Below are positions 9,384-20,030 of a stretch of DNA of 64,000 nucleotides, in pieces. Source of the DNA: Bacteroidales bacterium (GTDB taxonomy: Bacteria > Bacteroidota > Bacteroidia > Bacteroidales > UBA932). The notes below the pieces were generated by a model. That model made no database searches. It had not been told where the DNA came from and saw only the letters and a program-made list of their open reading frames with translations. A program made the translations under genes and the position numbers. The stretch is taken from NCBI GenBank assembly GCA_017556765.1, contig JAFYME010000075.1:3752-67751 (forward strand). Reading direction: 5' to 3'. Numbering within the stretch: the first letter of the stretch is position 1; each line of letters opens with the position of its first letter.

Positions 9384-10526
9384 CTATCGTATGGTCTTGT
9401 ATATGTGTTCAGCTATTGTCATTGCCGCGTCGCTTTTCGCAAGCGCCGCCACATTCTTCTCTATAAGAGCGATCTTTTCAGGGTTTTCTATCAGCTCGCA
9501 GGCCGTTGCCATCAGTTTTTCTGCCGCTTCGCTGTCCTTCACGATCATTCCCGCCTCCTTGTTCACCAGAGCCATGGCGTTGTGCGTCTGGTGATCCTCT
9601 GTCACGTTTGGCGAAGGCACGAAGATCGCTGCCTTGTGGGCCGCGCAGAGCTCCGAGATAGAGCTTGCTCCCGAACGTGAGATCACCACGTCAGCAGCCG
9701 CATAAGCCAGATCCATCCTCTTTATGAAATCCGAATGGGTGATGCGCGAGAGCGTCTCTCCTCCAAGTCCTTTTTCTGCAGCCTCCTTCATGAATGCATC
9801 AACGGACGGCTTGTAGTATTTGCCGCACTGCCAGATTATCTGCATGTTCTCTCCGCCCGGACATCCCTCTGTGATCCATTTCTTCATGGCATTGTTGATG
9901 GTGCCGCTTCCGAGGCTTCCGCCTACGATGAAGAGCTGCTTCTTCTGCGGGTCGAGTCCGTAATACTCATATGCCTCAGCCTTCATCTGAGCTGTAGCAG
10001 GCACGATTTCCTTGCGGATAGGGTTTCCTGTGAAGACGATCTTCTCTGCCGGGAAGAACCTTTCCATTCCATCGTATGCCACGCATATGCAGTCCGCCTT
10101 CTTTCCAAGAATCTTGTTGGTGAGTCCTGCAAAGCCGTTCTGCTCCTGAATCAGAGTAGGGATGCCAAGTCTTGTCGCAGCCCAGAGAAGGGGAGCGCTG
10201 GCATATCCTCCGACACCGATGGCTATGTCCGGCTTGAACTCTCTTATGACCTTCTTCGCCATGCTGACGCTCTTTATCACCTTGAACGGCAGAGCGAAGT
10301 TGGAAAGAGTAAGCTTCCTCTGAAGACCTGCCACTGGCAGACCTATGATCCTGTAACCGGCAGCCGGGACCTTTTCCATCTCCATGCGTCCGTCCGCGCC
10401 GACGAAGAGTATCTCTGTCTCCGGGTTGAGCTCCTTGAGCTTGTTGGCTATGGAAAGCGCCGGGAATATGTGTCCACCTGTTCCGCCTCCGCTTATGATG
10501 GCTTTGATTTTCCTGTATTGTGTCAT
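9384..10526 (-). CDS. murG: Lipid II GlcNAc transferase MurG
   Basis: GGGTGGHIFPA, GGYAS, EQN, GGSLG, SRSGA and DHQTHNA motifs. Confidence 0.97.
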   Translation of the reverse strand: MTQYRKIKAIISGGGTGGHIFPALSIANKLKELNPETEILFVGADGRMEMEKVPAAGYRIIGLPVAGLQRKLTLSNFALPFKVIKSVSMAKKVIREFKPDIAIGVGGYASAPLLWAATRLGIPTLIQEQNGFAGLTNKILGKKADCICVAYDGMERFFPAEKIVFTGNPIRKEIVPATAQMKAEAYEYYGLDPQKKQLFIVGGSLGSGTINNAMKKWITEGCPGGENMQIIWQCGKYYKPSVDAFMKEAAEKGLGGETLSRITHSDFIKRMDLAYAAADVVISRSGASSISELCAAHKAAIFVPSPNVTEDHQTHNAMALVNKEAGMIVKDSEAAEKLMATACELIENPEKIALIEKNVAALAKSDAAMTIAEHIYKTIR

Positions 10527-10532
10527 GGTCTT

Positions 10533-11933
10533 CTAAAGGTTTGCGTCGTCAATCTGTTCGAGTATCTGCATTCTTGTCTGGATGTCATCCTGATGAAGGT
10601 CAGTGCTTTCTTCAAGCTTCTGCGTCTTTTTCTTTGCCATTCTGCTTATCGATAAAATGACTCCGAAGGCGACGCATGATACGAGGAACGCGCTGGCTCC
10701 GTCGCTGATCAGAGGGAGCGTCTGTCCCGTCATAGGCATTATGTCCACGTTCACCAACATGTGCATGAATGCCTGTCCGGTGATCAGGAATGCCAGACCT
10801 CCTATTGTGATCCTTGCGAATTCATTGCCGCACAGACGGGCTATCATCGAGCTTCTGGCTATCAGACTTATGTACAGTATCACGATCAGGATGCCTCCAA
10901 GCAGTCCGTATTCCTCCACCAGGAAGCTGAACATGTAGTCTGAATAGATGTGTGTCACAGAGTATTTCTGGGTGCTGTTGCCGCTGCCTTTGCCCAGGAG
11001 CTTGCCTTCGTGTATTGCAAGCTTGGCTCCATATGGCTGCTTGATGCTGTCCCTGGCCTTGTAGAAATCTCTTGATTCAAGCTTGTACCTTTCCAGTCGC
11101 TGAGTATCGTATCTCGCTTCCATTCTTGATGTGAAGGTCTTCAGTCGTGGCATGAAGTCTCCGCCGCTGGCCTTATGGATTCCGAAGAGGCACAAAGCCA
11201 TCACGACAAGAGCCGCTCCGGCCATAAGGAGTTCCTTGAAAGGAACGCCACCGATAAGCATGGTTCCGATCAGTATCATGGCGATGAAAATGGCGCTGGA
11301 GTTACTTCCAGGGGCTATCATGCCGCATACTATCAGGGACGGACCGTAGATATAGAACACCCTTTTCCAGAAAGGCTTTCTGAGGAATTCGAGATTCTTT
11401 TTTGTCGAAAGCCAGTTGGCGAGACCGAATGTCGTGCTTTCCTGTCCTGTCTCCATTGCGGTCATGTCCTGTTTATATGCGTGATGCGCCCATGCGAGGT
11501 ACATGACCATGGCAACCTTGACGATCTCATATACATGGATCTGCAATCCGAACAAACCGAATGTTCTGGTCGCTCCGTTCAACGTCTGCGCCTTGATGAA
11601 CCCGTTATCAACCTCGCAGAGCAGGATGCTCAGGAGCATCACCGATAAGATGAAACCGAATTGTGAGAAGAATCGGAAGAGGCCTATCTTCTTGATGTTG
11701 TACAAACCTATGATGACTCCCAAGCCGAATATCGCCACAAGACCGTGGTTCTTCATGATCTCTATCCTGGTGTCGTCAGACAGAAGGGGAGTCGAAGAGA
11801 ATATGGCGAGCACCGATATGAGCATAAGAAGGAGAACGATTATCCATATAACCTTGTCTCCTTCCATTCTGTCGATGAGTTTCCAGAGGCCCTTTCTGGA
11901 GGCCTCCGGCTGTGTGTACCCGTTGTTTTCCAT
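10533..11933 (-). CDS. ftsW: SEDS family peptidoglycan polymerase FtsW
   Basis: Multi-pass TM protein, GKGSGNS, SDYMFSFLVEEYG and PMTGQTLPLIS motifs; dcw position. Confidence 0.92.
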   Translation of the reverse strand: MENNGYTQPEASRKGLWKLIDRMEGDKVIWIIVLLLMLISVLAIFSSTPLLSDDTRIEIMKNHGLVAIFGLGVIIGLYNIKKIGLFRFFSQFGFILSVMLLSILLCEVDNGFIKAQTLNGATRTFGLFGLQIHVYEIVKVAMVMYLAWAHHAYKQDMTAMETGQESTTFGLANWLSTKKNLEFLRKPFWKRVFYIYGPSLIVCGMIAPGSNSSAIFIAMILIGTMLIGGVPFKELLMAGAALVVMALCLFGIHKASGGDFMPRLKTFTSRMEARYDTQRLERYKLESRDFYKARDSIKQPYGAKLAIHEGKLLGKGSGNSTQKYSVTHIYSDYMFSFLVEEYGLLGGILIVILYISLIARSSMIARLCGNEFARITIGGLAFLITGQAFMHMLVNVDIMPMTGQTLPLISDGASAFLVSCVAFGVILSISRMAKKKTQKLEESTDLHQDDIQTRMQILEQIDDANL

Positions 11934-11937
11934 ATTA

Positions 11938-13272
11938 CTAAAGGTTTCTTACAGCTTCCTTGAACTGTCTTCCTCTGTCTTCGTAGTTCTTGAAAAGATC
12001 GAAGCTTGCGCAACATGGAGACAGGAGCACCACGTCTCCTGATACAGCCAGCTGGCTTGCAAGCTTGACGGCATCCTTCGCTGAAGTCACGTCGTGGATC
12101 TCCGGAACAATGCCTTCAAACGATTCATGGAACTTCCTGTTGTCAAGACCCATGCAGATCATGGCCTTTACCTTCTCCTGAGCGAGCGGAATGAGGCTTG
12201 CGTAGTCGTTGCCCTTGTCTGTGCCGCCTACGATCCATACCACAGGCTTGGTCTGGCACTCGAGAGCATACCATGCTGCGTCTACGTTTGTCGCCTTCGA
12301 GTCGTTGATGTAGAGTACATCCTTGATGCTGAGCACATTCTCAAGTCTGTGCTCGACAGCCTGGAATGTGGCAAGACCGCTGCGGATCGCCTCGTTGTCG
12401 ATGTCCATGGCCTTAGCGGCAAGGGCTGCAGCCATAGAGTTGTATACATTGTGCTTTCCTCCGAGAGCAAGCTCCTGAAGGTACATGTCGCATTCGTCAT
12501 CCTTGTAACGGACGATCATCCTGTCATCCTTTACGAATGCACCCTGCTTCACCTCTTCCTTCTGTGTGAACGGAAGCTTCTGAGCCTTGAGGACGATCTG
12601 GTCCAGATGTCTGATCGTGATCTCGTCGTCGGAGCAGAAGATGAAGCAGTCGTCGCTCGACATGTTGCGTGTGATGCGGAACTTCGACTTCACGTAGTTC
12701 TCCATCTTATGGTCGTACCTGTCCAGGTGGTCCGGCGTGATGTTGGTGATGATGGCGATATCTGCCTTGAAATCGTATACATTGTCAAGCTGGAAGCTGC
12801 TGAGCTCGAGCACATAGATGTCGTGCTGCTCCGTAGCTACCTGGTAGGCATAGCTCTTTCCGATGTTTCCGCCGAGTCCGACGTTCAGTCCGGCCTCCTT
12901 GAGAAGATGATAAATAAGCGATGTGGTTGTCGTCTTTCCGTTGCTTCCTGTGATGCAGACCTTCTTTGCAGAGTCATAACGTCCAGCAAATTCGATCTCC
13001 GAAATCACATTGATGCCCTCCTGCATCACCTTCTGCACCATAGGGGCTGTGGTCGGGATGCCGGGACTCTTGACGATCTCGTCTGCGTTGAGGATGAGAT
13101 CCTCGGTATGTCTGCCCTGCTCGTACGGAATCTCCCACTTGTCGAGCATGGCTGCGTAATCCTCGGAAATCTTACCCATATCCGAGAGGAACACATCATA
13201 ACCTTTAACCTTTGCGAGGACTGCGGTGCCTACTCCGCTTTCGCCTCCGCCTAAAACTACTAATCTGGACAT
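11938..13272 (-). CDS. murD: UDP-MurNAc-L-Ala--D-glutamate ligase
   Basis: LGGGESG, ITGSNGKTTT, ELSSFQL, NDSKATN and LSPCCASFD motifs. Confidence 0.97.
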   Translation of the reverse strand: MSRLVVLGGGESGVGTAVLAKVKGYDVFLSDMGKISEDYAAMLDKWEIPYEQGRHTEDLILNADEIVKSPGIPTTAPMVQKVMQEGINVISEIEFAGRYDSAKKVCITGSNGKTTTTSLIYHLLKEAGLNVGLGGNIGKSYAYQVATEQHDIYVLELSSFQLDNVYDFKADIAIITNITPDHLDRYDHKMENYVKSKFRITRNMSSDDCFIFCSDDEITIRHLDQIVLKAQKLPFTQKEEVKQGAFVKDDRMIVRYKDDECDMYLQELALGGKHNVYNSMAAALAAKAMDIDNEAIRSGLATFQAVEHRLENVLSIKDVLYINDSKATNVDAAWYALECQTKPVVWIVGGTDKGNDYASLIPLAQEKVKAMICMGLDNRKFHESFEGIVPEIHDVTSAKDAVKLASQLAVSGDVVLLSPCCASFDLFKNYEDRGRQFKEAVRNL

Positions 13273-13274
13273 TG

Positions 13275-14576
13275 TTATCTTATCTTCAAAAGTGCTATTG
13301 TGATGACGGCGAGGATCATTCCGATGATCCAGAACCTTGTTACGATCTTTGCTTCAGGAAGCGCCTTCTTAGGCCACTGGATCAGCGCTGGAACGCCTTC
13401 CTTCTGATAGTGGTGATGCAGAGGGGCCATCCTGAATATCCTTCGGCCCTCGCCGTATTTCTTCTTCGTGTACTTGAAGTAGAATCTCTGCATGAGTACC
13501 GAGAGGCTTTCCACAAAGAAGATTCCGCAGAGGATAGGGAGGAGGAGCTCCTTTCTGATAAGGACTGCGCATACACCGATGATTCCTCCGAGCATGAGGC
13601 TTCCTGTATCGCCCATGAATACCTGTGCAGGGAATGAATTGTACCAGAGGAAGCCGATGAGCGCTCCGACGAATGCCGCCATGAACACTGCGATCTCACC
13701 GCTGCCCGGTATGTACATTATGTTGAGGTATTCTGCATTCACTATGTTTCCGGAGAGCCATGCGAATATTCCGAGAACGACTCCGACGATTGCCGACGAA
13801 CCTGTCGCAAGGCCGTCCATGCCGTCGGTAAGGTTCACTCCGTTCGAGCATGCTACGATCACGATGATGATCATGAGCACATATATCGCCCATTTGCAGT
13901 ACCATCCGAAGGCACCCTTGAAAGGTGACAGCCACTTGTAGTCGAATTCATGGTCCTTCACGAAAGGTATTGTGGTCTTTGTGCTCTTGATCACGTCATG
14001 TTTCTCGACAGTTACAGTCGTTGCGGGAGCCTCGGTGACTCCTGTGCTGTCAGCAAATACTTCTGTGACGATCTCTTCCTCTACCATGACCTTTTCTCTG
14101 ACCACGATATCCTCGCTGAAGCATACCGAAAGACCGATCGCAAGTCCGAGAAGTCCCTGCGCGATGAGCTTTCCTTTCTCGCTCATGCCTTCCTTGTTCT
14201 TCTTGAATACCTTGATGTAATCGTCGGCAAATCCTACAAGGAAGAACCATATTGTGCTGATTATCAAGAGGAAGTTATAGATGTTCGTCAGGTCTCCGAA
14301 GAGCAGTACCGGTACGATGATGGCAAGGAATATGATGATTCCTCCCATTGTCGGCGTGCCTTTCTTCTGCATCTGTCCTTCCAGACCAAGGTCGCGGATT
14401 TCCTCTCCGATCTGCTTTCTCTGGATCCATCTGATGATCCTCTTTCCTGCAAATACAGAGATCAGAAGCGCGGCTGTGAATGATGCAATCGCCCTGAAGG
14501 ACAGGTAGCTGAAAAGGCCCTGTCCGGGAAGATCTATTCCAAGATCCTTGAGATATTCTACAAGATGGTATATCAT
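13275..14576 (-). CDS. mraY: Phospho-MurNAc-pentapeptide transferase
   Basis: [30 protein letters not shown] and MAPLHHHY motifs. Confidence 0.97.
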   Translation of the reverse strand: MIYHLVEYLKDLGIDLPGQGLFSYLSFRAIASFTAALLISVFAGKRIIRWIQRKQIGEEIRDLGLEGQMQKKGTPTMGGIIIFLAIIVPVLLFGDLTNIYNFLLIISTIWFFLVGFADDYIKVFKKNKEGMSEKGKLIAQGLLGLAIGLSVCFSEDIVVREKVMVEEEIVTEVFADSTGVTEAPATTVTVEKHDVIKSTKTTIPFVKDHEFDYKWLSPFKGAFGWYCKWAIYVLMIIIVIVACSNGVNLTDGMDGLATGSSAIVGVVLGIFAWLSGNIVNAEYLNIMYIPGSGEIAVFMAAFVGALIGFLWYNSFPAQVFMGDTGSLMLGGIIGVCAVLIRKELLLPILCGIFFVESLSVLMQRFYFKYTKKKYGEGRRIFRMAPLHHHYQKEGVPALIQWPKKALPEAKIVTRFWIIGMILAVITIALLKIR

Positions 14577-16052
14577 TTATTCTGCTGTTTCAAAAATTCC
14601 GTTAACTATCTCCTTTTCGTCAAAATGCTTCTTTTCGGTGCCTATGATCTGGTAGGTCTCATGGCCCTTTCCGGCAAGAAGTATCGTCGCTCCCTGGCTT
14701 GCGATCATTATGGCTGTCCTGATCGCCTCCTCTCTGTCTTCGATGAACAGCGACCTTGCTCTTCCGCTTGTGTCCATGCCTGCCTTTATGTCGGCCATGA
14801 TGTCGGAAGTCTTCTCGGTGCGGCTGTTGTCAGATGTCACGACTATCCTGTCTGCAAGCTTCTGTGCGATTGCGGCCATCTCGGGACGCTTGGTCTTGTC
14901 CCTGTCTCCGCCGCATCCGAAGAGACATATCAGCTCTCTGTCAGGTGCGATTTCGCGCAGGGTCTTGAGCACATTTTCAAGCGCGTCAGGAGTGTGGGCA
15001 TAGTCTATGATGACTGACATGTCGCGCGGCCCTCTGATGTTCTCGAGCCTTCCCGGGGCCGGTCTGAGGCTGCTCAGTGCCACGAGGACTTCCTGCGGGT
15101 CGCTTCCGAGCACTACCGCTGTGGTGTAGATTGCGAGCAGGTTGTATGCGTTGTGCATTCCGATCAGGCAGCTCCAGCTCTCCTTCTCGTCCATCCTGAG
15201 GAGCATTCCCTCGAAGCTCTGCTCGATGATCCTGCATGTGTGGTCTGCGATCTTCCTGCATGAATATGTCACTACCTGCGCCTTTGTGTTCTGCACCATC
15301 ACCATTCCGTTGCGGTCGTCGATGTTTGTTATCGCATACGCATCTGCAGGCAAAGTGTCGAAGAACAGCTTCTTGCATCTGAGGTACTCGGCGAATGTCT
15401 TGTGGTAGTCGAGGTGGTCGTGGGTCAGGTTCGAGAATATTCCGACCTTGAACTTAAGGCCCGCCACTCTTTCCTGCTCGACGCCGATTGAGCTTACCTC
15501 CATGAAGCAGTACTCGCAACCTGCGTCCACCATCTCGCTCATCAGTGAATTGATGGTGATAGGGTCTGAAGTCGTGTTTACCGCTTCTGTTCCTCTGTTG
15601 CCTACATAATTCGCTATGGTAGAAAGGAGACCGCAGTTGTATCCCAGAGCCGTGAACATCCTGTGCAGGAGAGTCACTGTAGTCGTCTTTCCGTTTGTAC
15701 CGGTGATGCCGACGAGGGTAAGCTTTTCAGACGGATTGTCATAGAAGTTCGCTGCTATTATGGCGAGGGCATGTCTTGAAGATCCGACCTGGACGAGGGT
15801 GATACCCTCTGCTCCGGCCTGAGCAACCTGATTGCGTGCCATGTCCATGTCTTCGCATACTATGGCGCAAGCTCCCTTGCCTATTGCAGTGGCGATGTAT
15901 GTGTGTCCGTCGCTGGCAAATCCCTTCACTGCAATGAACAGAGAACCATGCGCAACCTTTCTCGAATCGTTGCACACGGAACTTATCTCTGCGTGTGGGT
16001 TGCCCTCAATGGCGATCACGCCGCTTCCTGCTATGACTTTTTCCAGTATCAT
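14577..16052 (-). CDS. murE: UDP-MurNAc-dipeptide--diaminopimelate ligase
   Basis: GITGTNGKTT, MEVSS, DHLDYH, DYAHTPD, GCGGDRD and AGKGHE motifs; DNSR in place of DNPR. Confidence 0.96.
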   Translation of the reverse strand: MILEKVIAGSGVIAIEGNPHAEISSVCNDSRKVAHGSLFIAVKGFASDGHTYIATAIGKGACAIVCEDMDMARNQVAQAGAEGITLVQVGSSRHALAIIAANFYDNPSEKLTLVGITGTNGKTTTVTLLHRMFTALGYNCGLLSTIANYVGNRGTEAVNTTSDPITINSLMSEMVDAGCEYCFMEVSSIGVEQERVAGLKFKVGIFSNLTHDHLDYHKTFAEYLRCKKLFFDTLPADAYAITNIDDRNGMVMVQNTKAQVVTYSCRKIADHTCRIIEQSFEGMLLRMDEKESWSCLIGMHNAYNLLAIYTTAVVLGSDPQEVLVALSSLRPAPGRLENIRGPRDMSVIIDYAHTPDALENVLKTLREIAPDRELICLFGCGGDRDKTKRPEMAAIAQKLADRIVVTSDNSRTEKTSDIMADIKAGMDTSGRARSLFIEDREEAIRTAIMIASQGATILLAGKGHETYQIIGTEKKHFDEKEIVNGIFETAE

Positions 16053-18175
16053 TTGAGTACTATGCTTATTTTATCTCCTTTCTTAGCCTTTGTTCCGGCC
16101 TTAGGTGTCTGGCTTACTACGTGTCCTGTGCCGCTGTGGCTGAACCTGTATCCGTTGTTTTCTATCGCGAAGATCGCGTCCTTCAATCCCAGTCCTTTCA
16201 GATCAGGAACAGGGGCATCCTCGCCTTTTGCCGTGCTGATAGGCTCTTCCCTCATCTGAGGTATGCTTCCCTTTTCCTTGATGACATTGCCCCATTCCGT
16301 GTCATATGCCCATATTCCGTCGACAATGTCCTTGAAAGTCATGGCCGGGATCTTTCCTCCGTAGACGTTGTTGCTCATCAGACCTGTGTAGACCACCACA
16401 ATCGCAGTGTATTTCGGCTGGTCGGCAGGAAAGAATCCTACGAAAGTCGCCTGATGCTTCTTTCTTCCGTTTATGTCCGAATACGGATCCCTGCTTCCCG
16501 CACGCTCTTCGTTGGTCAAGTGCATTCTTGAAGTTCCTGTCTTGCCTGCCACGGTGCATTTTGCGTTTTTCAGTCGGCTTGCAGTTCCCTCCAAGGTCAC
16601 CATCTTGAGCGCTCTGGTCAGTGTGTCGGCGGTCGCCTTCGAGCAGATCGATCCGTTGAGGATCTGAGGTTTGAAGTTCCTCACCACTCTTCCTTCGTCC
16701 TCGATGCTCTCCACAACATAAGGCTTCATCATCTTGCCGTTGTTGGCGATCGCGTTGTAGAATGTCGCGACCTGAAGCGGGGTGACTCTTACCGAATAGC
16801 CGATCGCTACCGAAACCAGGTCGTAAATCGTCCAGCCAGCACTCTCTGGATCCGGTATCCTTGGCCTTGCGCTTCCTGACTCCTCGAGCTCGAACTCGTA
16901 GGCTTCACCGAAGTTGTATTCGTGCAGTCTGTTGATGAACTTTTCGGGCTTTTCTCCATAATTGTCCTTCACGAGTCTTCGGAACACATAATTCGAGGAA
17001 ATCTTGAATCCGTCTATGATGGAGATCTGATTTACTCCATTGTTCCTTTCATATGAAGTTATGTATTCGTCGCGGTTTACCTTCGGCATGTCGCTCATCA
17101 CTCCGTGGTTTGTAGGCAACTTGTCCTCAAGCTTGATAAGGCCATCTTCCAGCAGTGTCGTCATGGTCACGGCCTTGAATACTGAGCCCGGCTCTGCAGG
17201 TCTTCCTGCCGCCATATTGAACACCTCTCTGAACTCTCCTCTCTTGTCCTTCTGGAGGTTGACCATCGCCCTTATGGCTCCGGTCTCAACGTCCAGCACT
17301 ACTACGCATCCTCCCACGATATCCTCCTCTTGCGCCATGTTGGCTCTGAGGGACCTGTCCGCGATGTCCTGGATGTTGATGTCCAGGGTCGTGCGTATGT
17401 CGAGTCCGTTCTCTACTGCAACAAAGCTGCTGTCCATGTTCTGGATCATGCCCTTGCCGTCAGTCACCTTCATCCACTCTACGCCCTTCTTTCCGCGGAG
17501 GTGGTGGTTGTATTCTCCTTCAATGCCGATATGGAGGGCATTGGTGTCGCTGTTGTTCCTGACATATCCGATCACTCTTCTTGCCAGTCCGTCGTATGGA
17601 TATTGTCTGGTCTCTTCCTCCTCTATGATCATTCCGCTCTGGTTTCGTCCTTCACAGAACAGAGGCAGCTTCTTGAGCTCGAGAAGAGTGCTGTGGTCGA
17701 TGTCTTTTGCGATAGCCACATATCTGCGCTTGTTGCGTCTTCCTGTCAGGATAAGGTCTCTGTAATAAGCGGCGTTCCTGCCGTCTTCCTTCAGCACTTC
17801 CGGAAGCTTGTCCGCCAGCTGCTGCGCCTTGCTGATCCACTCCTGCTCTTTTTTCGCTCCTTTCTCCTTGTCTTTCATCGAAGCATACTCTTCCTTCAGC
17901 ACATAGCAGTCCATGTGGACATTGTACATCGGAGTCGACATGGCCAGGAGCTTACCTTTGTAATCTATTATCGAACCGCGCTGCGGGTCTATTTCATTCT
18001 TGTCTTTCTTTGGCTGGAAGTATTTCACATATCTTGGATCCGGCTCCCAGATGAACTGCAGATATACGATCTTGCCTATGATCGCCACCGCCATGCAAAG
18101 GAATACGACGTGGAACAGGATCAGCATGTTGCTGGTCCTGCGCCTTCCCTTTTCCTCTGTATTGTGATTCTGCAT
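16049..18175 (-). CDS. ftsI: Class B penicillin-binding protein (FtsI/PBP3) with C-terminal PASTA domain
   Basis: EPGSVFK (SxxK), SSN and KTGT motifs; VPDLKGLGLKDAI PASTA start. Confidence 0.93.
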   Translation of the reverse strand: MQNHNTEEKGRRRTSNMLILFHVVFLCMAVAIIGKIVYLQFIWEPDPRYVKYFQPKKDKNEIDPQRGSIIDYKGKLLAMSTPMYNVHMDCYVLKEEYASMKDKEKGAKKEQEWISKAQQLADKLPEVLKEDGRNAAYYRDLILTGRRNKRRYVAIAKDIDHSTLLELKKLPLFCEGRNQSGMIIEEEETRQYPYDGLARRVIGYVRNNSDTNALHIGIEGEYNHHLRGKKGVEWMKVTDGKGMIQNMDSSFVAVENGLDIRTTLDINIQDIADRSLRANMAQEEDIVGGCVVVLDVETGAIRAMVNLQKDKRGEFREVFNMAAGRPAEPGSVFKAVTMTTLLEDGLIKLEDKLPTNHGVMSDMPKVNRDEYITSYERNNGVNQISIIDGFKISSNYVFRRLVKDNYGEKPEKFINRLHEYNFGEAYEFELEESGSARPRIPDPESAGWTIYDLVSVAIGYSVRVTPLQVATFYNAIANNGKMMKPYVVESIEDEGRVVRNFKPQILNGSICSKATADTLTRALKMVTLEGTASRLKNAKCTVAGKTGTSRMHLTNEERAGSRDPYSDINGRKKHQATFVGFFPADQPKYTAIVVVYTGLMSNNVYGGKIPAMTFKDIVDGIWAYDTEWGNVIKEKGSIPQMREEPISTAKGEDAPVPDLKGLGLKDAIFAIENNGYRFSHSGTGHVVSQTPKAGTKAKKGDKISIVLK

Positions 18176-18180
18176 GTCCT

Positions 18181-18525
18181 TTATCTTTTAATGATGTCTG
18201 CAGGTTTTTCCGGTGCCTTGACATCGGATCCTGTGTTCTTCAGCATTTCCTCGACCGTACTGATGCGGTCCAGCCCTACATATTCGCAGGTCTTGTGGGC
18301 GTGGTAGATCTTGAGCGTTTCAAGCTCGACCCTGTTCTTCTCGACCACCCTGAGCGTCTGTTCCATCTTGTAGCTCATGAAGATGCTCACCCATCCGAGC
18401 ATAAAGGCATACAGTATATATGGAAAGAGTTTGTCGACTCTCAGGAGGAGCAGAATGTCCCCGCTGATAATCGACTTTACTATGCTCTTGAACGAGCCTG
18501 CTATTCCTGTTGCCTTGTCCTTCAT
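18181..18525 (-). CDS. ftsL: FtsL-like cell division protein
   Basis: 114 aa, one TM segment plus coiled coil; between rsmH and ftsI. Confidence 0.8.
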   Translation of the reverse strand: MKDKATGIAGSFKSIVKSIISGDILLLLRVDKLFPYILYAFMLGWVSIFMSYKMEQTLRVVEKNRVELETLKIYHAHKTCEYVGLDRISTVEEMLKNTGSDVKAPEKPADIIKR

Positions 18526-19430
18526 TATTCCTTTTCAGCTATTCTGAGCTTGGCGCTGCGCGCTCTTGTGTTTTCCGCTATTTCGCTTTCCTGCGGCAGG
18601 ATAGGCTTCCTGTTGACAGCCTTCAGCGGCGCTGTGGCGTTGCCGTAGAAGTCCTTTTCCACCTTTCCTTCTATGTTTCCTGCCTTGATGAAATTCTTCA
18701 CCATCCTGTCCTCGAGGGAGTGGTATGTTATCACCACCAGCTTGCCTCCCGGCTTGAGCGATTTCGCCGCTCCGCTGAGGAACTTCTCAAGCGACTTCAT
18801 CTCCTGGTTCACCTCTATCCTCAAGGCCTGGTAGACCTTTGCGAGGAATTTGTGCTCTGCGAATTTCGGCAGCGCGCTTTCTATCGCCTTTCCGAGGTCT
18901 GTCGTCGTCTCTATCTTCGAGATCTCCCTTGCCTTGCATATCAGCTGGGCGATCTTCCTGCTGTTGTCGACTTCGCCGTAAAGCCTCAGGATCTTCTCGA
19001 GTTCTGCCTGCTCATATCCGTTCACGATGTCCGCAGCGTTCAGCGCCGCCTCTTGGTTCATTCTCATATCAAGAGGAGCTTCATATCTGAATGAGAATCC
19101 TCTCTCAGCAGTGTCGAACTGATGGGAAGAAACTCCGAGGTCTGCAAGCACGCCGTCAATGCCGTCCTTGTATCCCTGATGGATGACATGGTTGTGGATC
19201 CATCTGAAGTCGCTTCTTATGAGCGTTAGCCTGTCGTCGTCCGGCTTGTTCGCGATAGCGTCGCTGTCGCGGTCGAATGAGATGACGCGTCCGTCGGGAT
19301 CCAGTCTTCTGAGGATCTCTTTGGTGTGACCTCCGCCTCCGAAGGTTGCGTCTGCGTAAATTCCTGATTTTGAGCTGATCAAAGCAGATACGCTTTCATC
19401 GAGCAATACTGAAGTATGGTATTCTGACAT
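18525..19430 (-). CDS. rsmH: 16S rRNA m4C1402 methyltransferase
   Basis: DATFGGGGH, DLGVSSHQFD, PLDMRM, ALRIEVN and YHSLEDR motifs. Confidence 0.97.
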   Translation of the reverse strand: MSEYHTSVLLDESVSALISSKSGIYADATFGGGGHTKEILRRLDPDGRVISFDRDSDAIANKPDDDRLTLIRSDFRWIHNHVIHQGYKDGIDGVLADLGVSSHQFDTAERGFSFRYEAPLDMRMNQEAALNAADIVNGYEQAELEKILRLYGEVDNSRKIAQLICKAREISKIETTTDLGKAIESALPKFAEHKFLAKVYQALRIEVNQEMKSLEKFLSGAAKSLKPGGKLVVITYHSLEDRMVKNFIKAGNIEGKVEKDFYGNATAPLKAVNRKPILPQESEIAENTRARSAKLRIAEKE

Positions 19431-19448
19431 CGTTTTGCCCTCCTTTTC

Positions 19449-19901
19449 TTAAAGATCAGAAAGCATGTTGGCGATGGAAACGAACTCTTCGTTAGATATG
19501 ATACCGGACTCAAAGTTCTCTTTGGCCCAGATTTCAATCTTATAATCGTTGCCAGAGAAGATGACTTCCTTGGTCACGCCGATCAGTTCCAAGAGTTTCT
19601 TTGGGATGGAGATTCGTCCAAGCTTCGCGTCCGGCTCTACCACCGTACGGTTGTTCATGTATGCTCTCCAGAATTTCGCGTGCTTTTCGTTGAATGCTAT
19701 GTTGAGCTTCGACTTCACAAGCTCCGACTGGCGCTCCCACTCGGCGTATGTGTACATCTCAAGACAGTCTGTGAATGTGTCCTTTCTGATGACGAATCTC
19801 ATGTCTTCATCGGCAGGCATGATGCTCTTGAAGGCGGCAGGGAAAATGAGCCTTCCCTTGTCGTCTACCTTCGCATTGTATTCGCCGATGAATTTGACCA
19901 T
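19449..19901 (-). CDS. mraZ: Transcriptional regulator MraZ
   Basis: FIGEYNAKVDDKGRL, a second D-x-x-x-GRI repeat and IEIW; first gene of the dcw cluster. Confidence 0.93.
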   Translation of the reverse strand: MVKFIGEYNAKVDDKGRLIFPAAFKSIMPADEDMRFVIRKDTFTDCLEMYTYAEWERQSELVKSKLNIAFNEKHAKFWRAYMNNRTVVEPDAKLGRISIPKKLLELIGVTKEVIFSGNDYKIEIWAKENFESGIISNEEFVSIANMLSDL

Positions 19902-19924
19902 AGTTCTTTACACGTTAATCGATG

Positions 19925-20005
19925 CAAAAGTAAGAAGATTTTTCCACTTATTTACACTTTCTTCCAAAATTTTCCACAATTTTATTCACAAATTTTATAA
20001 TTTTG
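19925..20005. promoter_or_regulatory. Divergent -7 promoter boxes flanking 10-bp periodic putative MraZ-binding repeats
   Basis: Minus-strand TACTTTTG (19925-19932), plus-strand TAATTTTG (19998-20005); TTTCCAC/TTTACAC/CTTCCAA/TTTCCAC at 19941, 19951, 19961 and 19971. Confidence 0.7.
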
Positions 20006-20030
20006 CAACTGTTCAAAAATCAACGGAATA

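Noticed and set aside
12094-13254. Long antisense ORFs (also 9735-10655, 17330-18307, 40910-41671, 56149-57120)
   Set aside because: They are shadows of well-supported genes on the opposite strand and show no recognisable motifs.
4477-19901. Absence of murF and ddl from the dcw cluster
   Set aside because: This is usual for Bacteroidales dcw clusters and is not evidence of gene loss.
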